Source of the DNA: Steroidobacteraceae bacterium
GTDB taxonomy: Bacteria; Pseudomonadota; Gammaproteobacteria; Steroidobacterales; Steroidobacteraceae
Direction: 5' to 3'
Length of the DNA stretch: 64,000 nucleotides
Assembly (NCBI GenBank): GCA_027456605.1
Contig: DAIDUQ010000065.1
Coordinates: 5,009-69,008, forward strand
The notes below the pieces were generated by a model. It was not told where the DNA came from, ran no database searches, and saw only the letters and a program-made list of their open reading frames with translations. This document shows positions 38,702-48,340 of the stretch, in pieces (the stretch's first letter is position 1; each line of letters starts with the position of its first letter). A program made the translations under genes and the position numbers.

Positions 38702-38715
38702 CGGGCCCGGCTCGA

Positions 38716-38919
38716 TCAGGACTGCTCGCGCCCGGCCGCGGCGGCGCTCGCTTCCTGCGCATCGAGCAGCGCGCCGCCGGCGGCGCTGACCAGCACCAGC
38801 ATCGCGGTGCCGATCAGCCATGCGAAGTACCACGCCCCCTCGTCACCGAGGATCGCCGCCAGGATCGTTATCACCACGGCAAGGAACATGAACAGCAGGA
38901 AATAGAGGAATGTGCGCAT
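38716..38919 (-). CDS. cydX: cytochrome bd oxidase small subunit, CydX-like with an extra N-terminal TM helix
   Basis: Track ORF 38716..38946. ATG 38919 has GAGGA 7 nt upstream and lies 10 nt after the cydB stop. The C-terminal half AWYFAWLIGTAMLVLVSAAGGALLD matches E. coli CydX (MWYFAWILGTLLAC...). The N-terminal half MRTFLYFLLFMFLAVVITILAAIL is an additional TM segment. Confidence 0.6.
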   Translation of the reverse strand: MRTFLYFLLFMFLAVVITILAAILGDEGAWYFAWLIGTAMLVLVSAAGGALLDAQEASAAAAGREQS

Positions 38920-38929
38920 CAGTCCGTCC

Positions 38930-40066
38930 TCAATAAGCGTGCTCATCGCCGCGCGCGATCTTCTCGGCGCTGACCTTGCCGCGCATCACCCAGAACGCCC
39001 AGCTCGTGTACCACAGGATCAGCGGCACGAATACCGCGGCAAAACCCGCCATCCACAACAGCGTGTCCTTGCTGGAGCTGGCATTCCACACCGTCAGGCT
39101 CATCGACGGATCGGCGCTCGAGGGCAGCATGAACGGAAACAGCGCCGCGCCGGCGGTTGCGATCACGCCGATCCACGCCAGCGCCCCCAGCCACCAGCCC
39201 AGGTGCGAGCGGTCCGCGCGCGCCGCGAGCCACGCGCCGGCCATGCCCCCGAAGCCGGCGAGCGGTGCGAGCCACAGCAGCGGATACGCGCCGAAGTTCG
39301 TCAGCCACGCTCCGGGGACCGTCACGACACTCTGCTGCAAGGGCGTCTGGGGCACGCCCGGACCGGGGCCGCCGATCAGCCGGTAGCCCGGCATGGCATG
39401 CACCCAGAAGCCGCCGACCGCGAACAGCGCGAGCGCCGCGCCGGCGGCCACCTGCACCACGCCGCGGGCGCGTTGGAACAGCGCGCCTTCGGCGCCGTTC
39501 ATCACCATCAACGCGCCCATCATCGCCGCGAGCGAGAGCGCGAGCACCCCGGTCAGCAGGGCGAAGGGATTGAGCAGCCCGAGAAAGCTACCGGTGTAGA
39601 ACGATGTCAGGTTCCATTCGAAGTGAAACGGCACGCCGCGGAACAGATTGCCGAATGCCGCGCCGAACACGATCATCGGCACCGCGCCACTGACGAACAG
39701 CACCCAGTCCCAGGTGTTCCGCCAGGCCGGACGCGCGATCTGACTGCGATACTCGAAGCCGAGCGGACGCAGAATCATGGTCCACAGCAGCAGCAGCATC
39801 ACCACGTAGAAGCCGGAGAAAGCCGTTGCATACAGCAGCGGGAACGCCGCGAAAATCGCCCCGCCGCCCAGGACGAACCACACCTGATTGCCGTCCCAGT
39901 GCGGCCCGATGATGTTCAACGCCACGCGCCGCTCCAGATCGCTCCGACCGACATAGCGCAGAATGGTCCCGACGCCCATGTCCATGCCGACCATCACGGC
40001 CAGGGCCATCAACAGCACGCCGAGCAGCAGCCACCAGATCACTTGCAGGGTCGCATAGTTCCCCAT
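38930..40066 (-). CDS. cydB: cytochrome bd ubiquinol oxidase subunit II
   Basis: 378 aa polytopic protein. The N-terminus is MGNYATLQVIWWLLLGVLLMALAVMVGMDMGVG and it contains WDGNQVWF. It sits directly downstream of cydA. Confidence 0.9.
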   Translation of the reverse strand: MGNYATLQVIWWLLLGVLLMALAVMVGMDMGVGTILRYVGRSDLERRVALNIIGPHWDGNQVWFVLGGGAIFAAFPLLYATAFSGFYVVMLLLLWTMILRPLGFEYRSQIARPAWRNTWDWVLFVSGAVPMIVFGAAFGNLFRGVPFHFEWNLTSFYTGSFLGLLNPFALLTGVLALSLAAMMGALMVMNGAEGALFQRARGVVQVAAGAALALFAVGGFWVHAMPGYRLIGGPGPGVPQTPLQQSVVTVPGAWLTNFGAYPLLWLAPLAGFGGMAGAWLAARADRSHLGWWLGALAWIGVIATAGAALFPFMLPSSADPSMSLTVWNASSSKDTLLWMAGFAAVFVPLILWYTSWAFWVMRGKVSAEKIARGDEHAY

Positions 40067-40069
40067 GAC

Positions 40070-41677
40070 TCAGCCCTCCGCCTTGCCGCCGTGCGCGGCG
40101 GCCGGAACCGTCCGCCCCGCAAACGTCCCGTGCCCGCCCAGCGCCTCGCCGGAGCCGCCGGGCTCGGCCGGTCCGAGCCGGATGGCGCGCACCAGGAGAT
40201 ACAGCTCGATGACGATGAAGATCGAATACAGCCCCAGGAAACCGATCAGCGAGAAGACCATGTAGGCCACGCTGTGCGTCGAGGCGCTCATCCACGTCGG
40301 CAAGACATCGAACACCGTCCAGGGCTGGCGGCCGAGCTCGGCCACCAGCCAGCCGCACTCGTTGGCCAGGAACGGCGCCGGAATCATCCACACCGCGACC
40401 TTGAGGAACCACCGCTTGTTCTGCACCGTGTTGCGCAGCGAGTACAGCGCCGCCAGCACGAAAAACGCCAGCATCAGCAGTCCGAGGCCCACCATCACGC
40501 GAAACGACCAGAACACCGCCGCCACGGGCGGAATGGTGTCGCGCGCCGCCGCGCGCACCTGCGCCGGGGTCGCCTGGCTCAGATCGGGCGCATAGCGCTG
40601 CAGCAGAAATCCGTAGCCCAGATCACGCCGATGGGCGGTGAATTTCGCCAGCGCCGCCGCGTTGGTCGGATCCCTCGCCAGCACGCGCAGCGCCTGCACG
40701 GCCGGGATACCCTGCTCGATTCTGCGCCGCGCCTGACGCTCGAGCGCGTCGACGCCGAGCACCGTGCGGCCGAGAGAGTGCGTGACCAGCAGCGACAGCA
40801 GATCCGGCACCTGCACCGCGCCGTCGTTCTTCTGCTCGGTCTGGCTCGGGAAGGCGATGAGATTGAACGGCATGGGCGCGGACTGGGCCTTCCACAGCCC
40901 TTCCATGGCCGCGAGCTTCGTCGGCTGCACCCGCGCGGCGACGAAGCCCAATGCATCCCCGAGCGTGATCACGCCGATGGTCGCCAGCACGCCGAACAGC
41001 GCGGCCATGCGCAACGAGCGTTTGGCCAAGGGCACGTGGCGCTTGCGCAGCAGATAAAAGGCGCTGACGCCGGTGACGAACACCGCCGCCGTCACGTAAC
41101 CGGCGATGCTCGTGTGCACGAACTTCGACTGCACGTCGGGACTGAAGATGAGCTTCTGAAAGCTGGTCAGTTGCATGCGCATCGTGAGCGGGTCGAAGGT
41201 CGCGCCCACGGGATCCTGCATGAAGCCGTTGGCCACCAGAATCCAAAGCGCCGAGAGATTCGACCCGAATGCGACCAGCCAGGTGACGGCCAGGTGCTGG
41301 CCCCTGGACAAGCGTTCCCAGCCGAACACCATCAGACCGACAAAGGTCGATTCCATGAAGAAGGCCATCAATCCCTCGATGGCGAGCGGCGCGCCGAAGA
41401 TGTCGCCGACGAAGCTGGAGTAGAACGACCAGTTGGTACCGAACTGAAACTCCATGGTCAGGCCCGTGGCCACGCCCAGCGCGAAGTTGATCATGAACAA
41501 CTTGCCCCAGAACTGCGCCATCTGCCTGTAGATCGGCTTGCCGGTCGTGACGTACACGGTCTCCATCGCGGCGAGCAGAAAGCTCAGGCCCAGGGTGAGC
41601 GGTACGAACAGGAAGTGATACAGCGCGGTAGATGCAAACTGCACGCGAGACAGATCGACCACGGTTCCGTTGATCAT
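40070..41677 (-). CDS. cydA: cytochrome bd ubiquinol oxidase subunit I
   Basis: In-frame ATG 41677 within track ORF 40070..42979. Motifs: LSRVQFASTALYHFLFVPLTLG, GAPLAIEGLMAFFMESTFVG, AELGRQPW; a Q-loop region is present. Confidence 0.9.
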   Translation of the reverse strand: MINGTVVDLSRVQFASTALYHFLFVPLTLGLSFLLAAMETVYVTTGKPIYRQMAQFWGKLFMINFALGVATGLTMEFQFGTNWSFYSSFVGDIFGAPLAIEGLMAFFMESTFVGLMVFGWERLSRGQHLAVTWLVAFGSNLSALWILVANGFMQDPVGATFDPLTMRMQLTSFQKLIFSPDVQSKFVHTSIAGYVTAAVFVTGVSAFYLLRKRHVPLAKRSLRMAALFGVLATIGVITLGDALGFVAARVQPTKLAAMEGLWKAQSAPMPFNLIAFPSQTEQKNDGAVQVPDLLSLLVTHSLGRTVLGVDALERQARRRIEQGIPAVQALRVLARDPTNAAALAKFTAHRRDLGYGFLLQRYAPDLSQATPAQVRAAARDTIPPVAAVFWSFRVMVGLGLLMLAFFVLAALYSLRNTVQNKRWFLKVAVWMIPAPFLANECGWLVAELGRQPWTVFDVLPTWMSASTHSVAYMVFSLIGFLGLYSIFIVIELYLLVRAIRLGPAEPGGSGEALGGHGTFAGRTVPAAAHGGKAEG

Positions 41678-42091
41678 GACTCTGACCCTCGACTCGTGTC
41701 GCCCAAGCACCCCCCCGCCGCGGGAGGCGCACCTGATCAAGCGCTGCGCCGGACCCGGGCAATCCCGCGCCGGAGCCGCCCAATCGCTCCATAATGACAC
41801 CGGTCGGCCCGTGTGGCGGCATCGACCCGAGAGATCCGGATCCGGAGCCGGCGCGGCCGCCGCGTCATGGCGCAGGAGGCAAGAGTAGTACACTGGCGCG
41901 CCGGCGGAAAATGCGAACCGCCGCAGCCGGGCCGCGGGAAAGCGCCGGCGTGCGCTCGGCCTACGCTGCGCCGCCAGCAAGTGCTTGAAAGCAGGCGGGT
42001 TCTCCCGGAGAATCCTCCGGGCCCGCAAATCCCTTCCATGAGGCGCCCCGCGGCTCGATCCGGCATCGGGCACCGCGGCCCCGGTCAGCTG

Positions 42092-42649
42092 ATGAACGAC
42101 ACGTCCACCGAGACCGATACGCTCGAGCAGCTTCTGGCGCGCACCGCAATGGGCGACCGTGCCGCATTTGCCCGGCTCTATCAGCAAACCGCGCCACGCC
42201 TGTTTGGCCTGTGCGTGCGGCTGCTGCGGGAGCGCAGTGAGGCCGAAGACGTGCTGCAGGAGGCATTCGTCTCGGTCTGGCGCCGCGCGAATCGCTACAA
42301 CCCCTCCCTGGGCGGCGCGAACACGTGGCTCACCGCCGTGGTCCGCAATCGGGCGATCGACCGGTTGCGCCAGAGGCGCGAAACGACCAACACCGATCCG
42401 CTGGAGTTCGAGCGGCTGCCCGACGCGAGCCACGGGCCCGACGCGCGCGCCATGGCGAGCGCGGACTATCTGCGGCTGGAGCGTTGCCTCGAGCAGCTCG
42501 ATCCCAAATACAGCCGTTCGGTGCGTGCAGCTTTCTTTACGGGAGCAACGTATAAGGAGCTGGCGGAACGCGGCCAAGTGCCGCTCGCCACCCTGAAGAG
42601 CTGGATCCGCCGCGCCCTGCTGCAACTGCGCACCTGCCTCGAGACATGA
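42092..42649 (+). CDS. ECF-type RNA polymerase sigma-70 factor
   Basis: ATG 42092 within track ORF 41813..42649. Region 2 reads DVLQEAFVSVWRRANRY and TWLTAVVRNRAIDRLR. Region 4 reads YKELAERGQVPLATLKSWIRRALLQLR. Confidence 0.85.
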   Translation: MNDTSTETDTLEQLLARTAMGDRAAFARLYQQTAPRLFGLCVRLLRERSEAEDVLQEAFVSVWRRANRYNPSLGGANTWLTAVVRNRAIDRLRQRRETTNTDPLEFERLPDASHGPDARAMASADYLRLERCLEQLDPKYSRSVRAAFFTGATYKELAERGQVPLATLKSWIRRALLQLRTCLET

Positions 42650-43413
42650 ACACTCCCACCGACGACGACAAGGGCGACCTGCGCTACGCCGAGTACGTGC
42701 TCGGCGTGCTGGACGCCGATGCGCGCGCCGCGGTGGAACGGGAGCTGGCCGCGAGCCCGCAAGCCGCCGCGGACGAGGCGCAATGGCGCCAGCGTCTGTT
42801 GCCGCTCGCCGAAGAAGTCGGCCCCGAGACGCCCCCGCCGCAACTCTGGGCGCGGATCCGCGCGACACTCGAATTCGACGCGCCCGCCCGCGCCGCGGAC
42901 GCGCGCGGCGGCTGGTGGGAAAACGTCCGGCTCTGGCACTGGCTGACATTCGGTTCCGGCGCGCTGCTCGCCGCCGCATGTGCCGCTCTGCTGGTCATGG
43001 CCACCCACCGCCCGCCCACCCCGCCGATCCCGTATATGGCCGCCACCCTCATGGAGACCAACGGGCAGGTCGGCTGGACCGCAACCATGGACGTCGGCAA
43101 GGCGCGGATGATCGTGGTGCCGGCGGCGCCGCAGGCGGTGCGCGCCGGCCACACGCCGGAGCTGTGGCTGATCCCGCAGGGCGCGCGTCCCATTGCCGTC
43201 GGCCTGATCTCGATCCACGCGCCCATGACGCTCGCGCTCAGCGCGAGCCTGGTTGCCCGCCTCGGGCCGACCGCCCGGCTCGCCGTATCCATCGAGCCGC
43301 GGGGCGGCTCACCCACCGGGCAACCCACCGGGCCGGTCGTCGCCGCCGGCGCCATCGGCGCCGCACCGGCCTCGGCGCTGCGCCTCGTGGGCACCCCGCA
43401 ACGCCCCGCCTGA
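42646..43413 (+). CDS. anti-sigma factor (RskA / anti-sigma-K type, single TM)
   Basis: 255 aa with an ATGA overlap with the sigma gene. The N-terminal anti-sigma helix region is YAEYVLGVLDADARAAVEREL, followed by a central TM (WLTFGSGALLAAACAALLV). The C-terminal RskA-like motif is ELWLIPQGARPIAVGLI ... LAVSIEPRGGSPTGQPTGPVV. Confidence 0.75.
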   Translation: MNTPTDDDKGDLRYAEYVLGVLDADARAAVERELAASPQAAADEAQWRQRLLPLAEEVGPETPPPQLWARIRATLEFDAPARAADARGGWWENVRLWHWLTFGSGALLAAACAALLVMATHRPPTPPIPYMAATLMETNGQVGWTATMDVGKARMIVVPAAPQAVRAGHTPELWLIPQGARPIAVGLISIHAPMTLALSASLVARLGPTARLAVSIEPRGGSPTGQPTGPVVAAGAIGAAPASALRLVGTPQRPA

Positions 43414-43454
43414 GGCGGCCCCCGCCCCTGACCCAAACGGCCGAGCAGGCGCCT

Positions 43455-43481
43455 GCATCCAAACGGGCGCCCGCACCGTAT
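43455..43481 (+). promoter_or_regulatory. candidate ECF-type promoter (GCATCC-N15-CCGTAT) ahead of the desaturase-led operon
   Basis: Read directly. The -35-like GCATCC and the CGT-containing -10-like CCGTAT lie 32 nt upstream of the GTG at 43513, immediately downstream of the sigma/anti-sigma pair. The assignment is inferential. Confidence 0.35.
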
Positions 43482-43512
43482 AGAGCACCACCGTCACCGC
43501 TGGTGCCCTACC

Positions 43513-44478
43513 GTGAGCCGTCCGCACACCGCCATTGCGCAAACCAGCCCGAAGCCGCCGTCCGCGTTGCGCACGCTGAGGCACTGGTTCGACAGCGGCG
43601 ACCGCGGCGCGCCGCTGGACCCCCGGAGCGCCGATCGCATCGACTGGCTGCGCGCCGCGCCGTTTCTCGTTCTGCATCTGGCCTGCCTCGGGGCCCTCTG
43701 GACCGGGGTATCGGCGACGGCGCTCATCGTGGCCGCCGTGCTGTACGCGGCGCGCATGTTCGCGCTCACCGGCTTCTATCACCGCGGGTTTTCGCACCGC
43801 ACGTTCCGCGCCTCGCGCCCGGTGCAGCTGGTGTTCGCTGTGATCGGCGCGGCCTGCGTGCAGCGTGGACCGCTGTGGTGGGCGGCGCATCATCGCAATC
43901 ATCACCGCAACGCCGACACGCCGCTCGATCCGCACTCCCCGCGGATCCACGGCTTCATCTGCAGCCACATGGGATGGTTCCTCACCCGGCGCGCGTTCCG
44001 CACCGATCTCGCCCGCGTGCAGGATCTGGCCCGGTATCCGGAGCTGCGTTGGCTCGATCGCTACGACGTCGCAGTGCCCTTGCTGCTCGCGGCGGCGATG
44101 TACGCCCTCGGCGGCGTGCTGCATCGCTTCGCGCCGCGGCTCGGCACCGACGGTCCCCAGCTCCTGGTGTGGGGCTTCTGCATCTCCACGGTGGCGCTGT
44201 TCCACGCCACCGTCACCATCAACTCGCTGGCGCACCGCTGGGGCTCCCGCCGCTTCCCAACCTGCGACGACAGCCGTAATAACTTCCTGCTCGCGCTGCT
44301 GACCTTCGGCGAGGGGTGGCACAACAACCATCACCGTTTCCCCGGCACCGCGCGCCAGGGCTTTCGCTGGTGGGAGATCGATCTGACCTGGTATGGGCTG
44401 CGCCTGCTCGCCGCCCTCGGGCTGATCAGTGGCTTGAAGCCGCTGCCGGCGCGCGTTCTGGCGGCCGCGAGGCGCTGA
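43513..44478 (+). CDS. membrane acyl-CoA/acyl-lipid fatty acid desaturase (delta-9-like, three His boxes)
   Basis: 321 aa with a GTG start. His boxes: HRGFSH, HHRNHHRNAD, GEGWHNNHHRFP. Confidence 0.85.
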   Translation: MSRPHTAIAQTSPKPPSALRTLRHWFDSGDRGAPLDPRSADRIDWLRAAPFLVLHLACLGALWTGVSATALIVAAVLYAARMFALTGFYHRGFSHRTFRASRPVQLVFAVIGAACVQRGPLWWAAHHRNHHRNADTPLDPHSPRIHGFICSHMGWFLTRRAFRTDLARVQDLARYPELRWLDRYDVAVPLLLAAAMYALGGVLHRFAPRLGTDGPQLLVWGFCISTVALFHATVTINSLAHRWGSRRFPTCDDSRNNFLLALLTFGEGWHNNHHRFPGTARQGFRWWEIDLTWYGLRLLAALGLISGLKPLPARVLAAARR

Positions 44479-44482
44479 CGCC

Positions 44483-45754
44483 GTGCGCATCGCGGTCATC
44501 GGCTCCGGCATCGGCGGCCTCGCCTCGAGCTGGCTGCTCTCGCGCCTGCACGAGGTCACCCTGTTCGAGGCGAACGACTATCTCGGCGGCCACACGCACA
44601 CGCACCGGGTGCGCCTGGGCGGGCGTGATTACGCGGTCGATTCCGGCTTCATCGTGTTCAACCCGCGCCACTATCCGCTGTTCACGGCGCTGCTCGCCGA
44701 GCTCGGGGTTGCATCGCGGCCGACCACCATGAGCTTTTCGGTGCGCAACGAGGCCAGCGGACTGGAATACAACGCAACGAGCCTCAACACGCTCTTCTGT
44801 CAGCGGCGCAACCTGCTCGCGCCGCGCTTCCTCGGCATGATCCGCGACCTGCTGCGCTTCTATCGCGAGGCGCCACGCCTGCTCGCGGGCGACGCCCCGG
44901 GGCCGACGCTCGGTGAGTACCTGACCGAGGGCCGATATGGCGCGGCATTCCGCGACGATCATCTCGTACCGATGGCCTCGGCGCTGTGGTCCGCGCCGCC
45001 GGCGCGGATCCTCTCCTTCCCCGCGCGCTTCCTGGTGCAGTTCATGGCGAACCACCAGATGCTGAGCGCACGCGGCCGCCCCGAATGGCGCGTCGTGAGC
45101 GGCGGCTCGGCCAGTTACGTAGGCGCGCTGCGGGCCCGCTGGCCCGTACGCGAGCGCCTCGGCTGCCCGGTCCACTCGGTACGCCGCGATGCCCGCGCGG
45201 TGAGCGTCGCCCACGCCGGCGGCGCCGAGCGCTTCGATCACGTAGTGCTGGCCTGCCACAGCGATCAGGCCCTGGCGCTGCTGGCGGACGCGAGCGCCGC
45301 GGAGCGCGCCGTGCTCGGCGCGATCGCCTATCAGGCGAATGAAGCGGTGCTGCACACCGACACGTCGATGTTGCCGCGACGGCCCGAGGCATGGGCGGCA
45401 TGGAACGCCTTCGTGCCGCGCGATCCGGACGCGCCCTGCACGGTGAGCTACTGCATGAGCCTGCTGCAGGGCTTGGACTCACCCGCGCCGCTCATCGTCA
45501 CCCTCAATCGCACCGCGGCGATCGACCCGGCCAAGATACTGCGCACCATGCGCTACGCGCACCCCGTGCACACCCATGAGGCGCTCGACGCGCAGCGGCG
45601 GCGGGGCGAGATCCAGGGCGTCAACCGCACCTGGTTCGCCGGCGCCTACTGGGGCTGGGGCTTTCACGAAGACGGCATGCGCAGCGCAACCGCCGTGGCG
45701 GCGGCGCTCGATGCGCGCTGCGTCCAACCGTCGCGGCGCCAGGCGGCCGCATGA
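44483..45754 (+). CDS. FAD/NAD-binding amine-oxidase-like oxidoreductase (family of R. sphaeroides UfaD)
   Basis: 423 aa. The N-terminal dinucleotide fold is [34 protein letters not shown]. It occupies the conserved position upstream of DUF1365 and the cfa-like genes. Confidence 0.8.
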   Translation: MRIAVIGSGIGGLASSWLLSRLHEVTLFEANDYLGGHTHTHRVRLGGRDYAVDSGFIVFNPRHYPLFTALLAELGVASRPTTMSFSVRNEASGLEYNATSLNTLFCQRRNLLAPRFLGMIRDLLRFYREAPRLLAGDAPGPTLGEYLTEGRYGAAFRDDHLVPMASALWSAPPARILSFPARFLVQFMANHQMLSARGRPEWRVVSGGSASYVGALRARWPVRERLGCPVHSVRRDARAVSVAHAGGAERFDHVVLACHSDQALALLADASAAERAVLGAIAYQANEAVLHTDTSMLPRRPEAWAAWNAFVPRDPDAPCTVSYCMSLLQGLDSPAPLIVTLNRTAAIDPAKILRTMRYAHPVHTHEALDAQRRRGEIQGVNRTWFAGAYWGWGFHEDGMRSATAVAAALDARCVQPSRRQAAA

Positions 45755-46515
45755 GCCGCGCCGTCACGCTCAACAGCGCGATATACGAGGGCTCCGTGCG
45801 GCACTGGCGGCTGTCGCCCCGGCGGCACGCGTTCAGCTACCGCATCGCGCAGTTGTGCCTCGATCTCGACGAGCTCGAACAGGTCTTCGCCGGGCGCCTG
45901 CTGTGGTCGGTCGACCGGCGCAACCTCGCGGAATTCCGCCGCGGCGACTACCTGGCGCCGGCGACGCTGCCACTGGCCGAGGCGGCGCGCACCCTGGTGC
46001 AGCGTCATGTCGGGGTTCGGCCCCGCGGCGCGGTGCGGCTGCTGACCCATCTGCGCTATGGCGGATACGTTTTCAATCCGGTCAGCTTCTACTACTGTCA
46101 CGACACCGGCGGCGCGCTCGTGGCGATCATCGCCGCCATCACCAATACGCCATGGAACGAGCGGCACGCCTACGTGCTGCCCGTGGCGGAGGCGCAGCGC
46201 AGTGGCCCGCTGTGGGAATGGGAGCTCGACAAAACCTTCCACGTCTCGCCATTCCTGCCGCTCGATCGCCGCTACCGGTGGCGGTTCAGCGCGCCCGGCG
46301 AACGGCTGCGTGTGCACATGTCGGTCAGACGCGGCGAGCGGCCCGAGCTCGAGGCGAATCTCGATCTGCGCCGCCGGCCGCTCACGGACGCGAATCTTGC
46401 GCGCGTGCTGTGGCGTTACCCGCTGATGTGCACCCAGGTGATCGGCGCGATTTATTGGCAGGCGCTGCGCCTTTGGCTGAAGCGGGTACCGCGCCACGAC
46501 CATCCACACGGCTGA
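45751..46515 (+). CDS. DUF1365 family protein (family of R. sphaeroides UfaO)
   Basis: 254 aa with a 4-nt overlap with the upstream gene. Motifs: [21 protein letters not shown] and [12 protein letters not shown]. Confidence 0.8.
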   Translation: MSRAVTLNSAIYEGSVRHWRLSPRRHAFSYRIAQLCLDLDELEQVFAGRLLWSVDRRNLAEFRRGDYLAPATLPLAEAARTLVQRHVGVRPRGAVRLLTHLRYGGYVFNPVSFYYCHDTGGALVAIIAAITNTPWNERHAYVLPVAEAQRSGPLWEWELDKTFHVSPFLPLDRRYRWRFSAPGERLRVHMSVRRGERPELEANLDLRRRPLTDANLARVLWRYPLMCTQVIGAIYWQALRLWLKRVPRHDHPHG

Positions 46516-46535
46516 AGACCGTTGCGGGGATACAC

Positions 46536-47822
46536 ATGAATACGACCGTCAGCCCGATGACGCGGCCGCGCGCCGCGACACTGGATCGCTTTTTGCGCGC
46601 ACGTCTGCTGTCGCGTCTCACCAGGCTGGAGCACGGCCGGCTCGAGCTGCGCGACGCCGCCGGAACCGTCGCGCTCGGCGCAGCCGATCCCGGGGTGCGG
46701 CTCGAGGTGTCGGATCCGGCTTTCTACCGCGCGGTGGCGGCCGGCGGCAGCGTCGGAGCCGCGGAAAGCTACAGGGACGGGATGTGGCGCTGCTCGGCGC
46801 CCGGGCTCGATGGATCGGATGCGCTGGTGGCGCTGGTCAGACTCCTGATACGCAACCGGGCCCTGCTCGACGGTCTCGAATCCGGTTGGGCGAGCCTCGC
46901 CGGCGTCCTGCGCCGCGCGTGGCACGCGACACGAAGCAACTCCCGGGCCGGCAGCCGGCGCAACATCGCGGCGCACTATGACCTGAGCAACGCGTTCTTC
47001 GCGCTCTTTCTGTCGTCGGACCTGATGTATTCCTCGGCGCTGTGGCGCAAGGATGCGGATACGCTCGAAACCGCTTCGGCGCGCAAGCTCGAGGCGGTCT
47101 GCCGCAGACTCGCGCTCAGCAGCTCCGATCACGTGCTGGAGATCGGCACCGGCTGGGGCGGCTTCGCGCTGCACGCGGCGCGCCACCATGGCTGCCGAGT
47201 CACCACCACGACGATCTCGCGCCGGCAATATGAGTTTGCGCGCGAGCGGGTCCGCGCCGCCGGACTGGACCGCCGCATCGAGCTGCGCCTCGAGGACTAC
47301 CGCGACCTCGGCGGCCGCTTCGACAAGCTCGTATCGATAGAAATGATCGAGGCGATCGGCGCCGATCACCTCGAGGAGTACTTCGCGACGATTTCCCGCC
47401 TGCTGAGCCCGCACGGCGCGGCGCTGTTGCAGTCGATCACCATCGAGGATCACCGCTATCGGCAGGCGCTGAAGTCGGTGGACTTCATCAAGCGCCATGT
47501 GTTTCCCGGCAGCTTCATCCCCTCGGTGAGCGCCATGATGGCGGCCAAGACACGCGCCAGCGATCTGGCCCTGGTCGCCCTCGATGACTTCGGGGACTCG
47601 TATGCGCGCACCCTCGAGGCGTGGCGCCGGCGCTTCATGGCGCGACTCGCCGACGTGCGCGCCCTCGGCTTCGATGAGGGGTTCATCCGGCTGTGGGAAT
47701 TCTATCTGGCGTATTGCGAGGGCGGCTTTCGCGAGCGCGCGCTCGGGGTGGCGCATCTGCTGCTGGTGAAGCCCCGGTGGCGTCACGGGGCAGGGGGGGC
47801 GGACGCGTGGCTGCCCTGCTGA
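46536..47822 (+). CDS. cyclopropane-fatty-acyl-phospholipid synthase family SAM-dependent methyltransferase
   Basis: ATG 46536 within track ORF 45576..47822. Motifs: HYDLSNAFFALFLSSDLMYSSALW, VLEIGTGWGGFA, FDKLVSIEMIEAIG, WEFYLAYCEGGF. Confidence 0.85.
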   Translation: MNTTVSPMTRPRAATLDRFLRARLLSRLTRLEHGRLELRDAAGTVALGAADPGVRLEVSDPAFYRAVAAGGSVGAAESYRDGMWRCSAPGLDGSDALVALVRLLIRNRALLDGLESGWASLAGVLRRAWHATRSNSRAGSRRNIAAHYDLSNAFFALFLSSDLMYSSALWRKDADTLETASARKLEAVCRRLALSSSDHVLEIGTGWGGFALHAARHHGCRVTTTTISRRQYEFARERVRAAGLDRRIELRLEDYRDLGGRFDKLVSIEMIEAIGADHLEEYFATISRLLSPHGAALLQSITIEDHRYRQALKSVDFIKRHVFPGSFIPSVSAMMAAKTRASDLALVALDDFGDSYARTLEAWRRRFMARLADVRALGFDEGFIRLWEFYLAYCEGGFRERALGVAHLLLVKPRWRHGAGGADAWLPC

Positions 47823-48340
47823 CCTTCGTCGCGTACGAGGTCGTGTGGTTCGCCGCGGTGATCGGCGCCGGCCACGGTAGTGTCTGGCCGGGCGTGGGCG
47901 CGGCGCCCGTGTTCGCCGGCTGGCGCCTGCGCGCCTCGGCGCACCCCCGGGTGGAGACTCGATTGCTGGCCGCGGCGTTCCTGATCGGCGCCATACTCGA
48001 GACCTGCTGGGTGCGTGCCGGCCTGATTCGTTACGCGGCAGCCTGGCCGCTCGCCTCATCGCCGGCATGGCTGCTCGCACTCTGGGCCACCTTCGGCCTG
48101 ACGATCGTGCCCTTGTTCGGCTATCTGCGGACCCGCCCGTGGCTGGCGGCAACTCTGGGCGCCGTCGGGGGGCCGCTGTCCTACTCGGCGGCCGCGCGCG
48201 GCTGGCATGCCGTGTACTTTCCCTCGCGACCGTGGCCGTCGCTGCTCGTCCTCGGGCTCGGCTGGGCGCTCGCCCTGCCGGTCCTGAGCCTGCTGGCCCG
48301 CCGCTGGCTCGCCGCCGAAGCCCTCCGGAGCGCCCCGTGA
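47807..48340 (+). CDS. DUF2878 family membrane protein
   Basis: GTG 47807 within track ORF 47693..48340, overlapping the cfa-like stop. It is a hydrophobic 4-5 TM protein (VAALLTFVAYEVVWFAAVIGAGHG...) in the position typical of this operon. Confidence 0.6.
   Translation: MAALLTFVAYEVVWFAAVIGAGHGSVWPGVGAAPVFAGWRLRASAHPRVETRLLAAAFLIGAILETCWVRAGLIRYAAAWPLASSPAWLLALWATFGLTIVPLFGYLRTRPWLAATLGAVGGPLSYSAAARGWHAVYFPSRPWPSLLVLGLGWALALPVLSLLARRWLAAEALRSAP

Noticed and set aside
42010-42036. GAATCC-N15-CCCTTC upstream of the ECF sigma gene, as a possible autoregulatory promoter.
   Set aside because: The -10 part lacks the CGT core seen at 43476-43481, so the match is too weak to call.
41678-42091. Search for FNR boxes in the 415-nt cydA upstream region (half-sites at ~41670 TTGAT and ~41736 ATCAA).
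   Set aside because: Only isolated half-sites were found, with no TTGAT-N4-ATCAA dyad, so no site is called.
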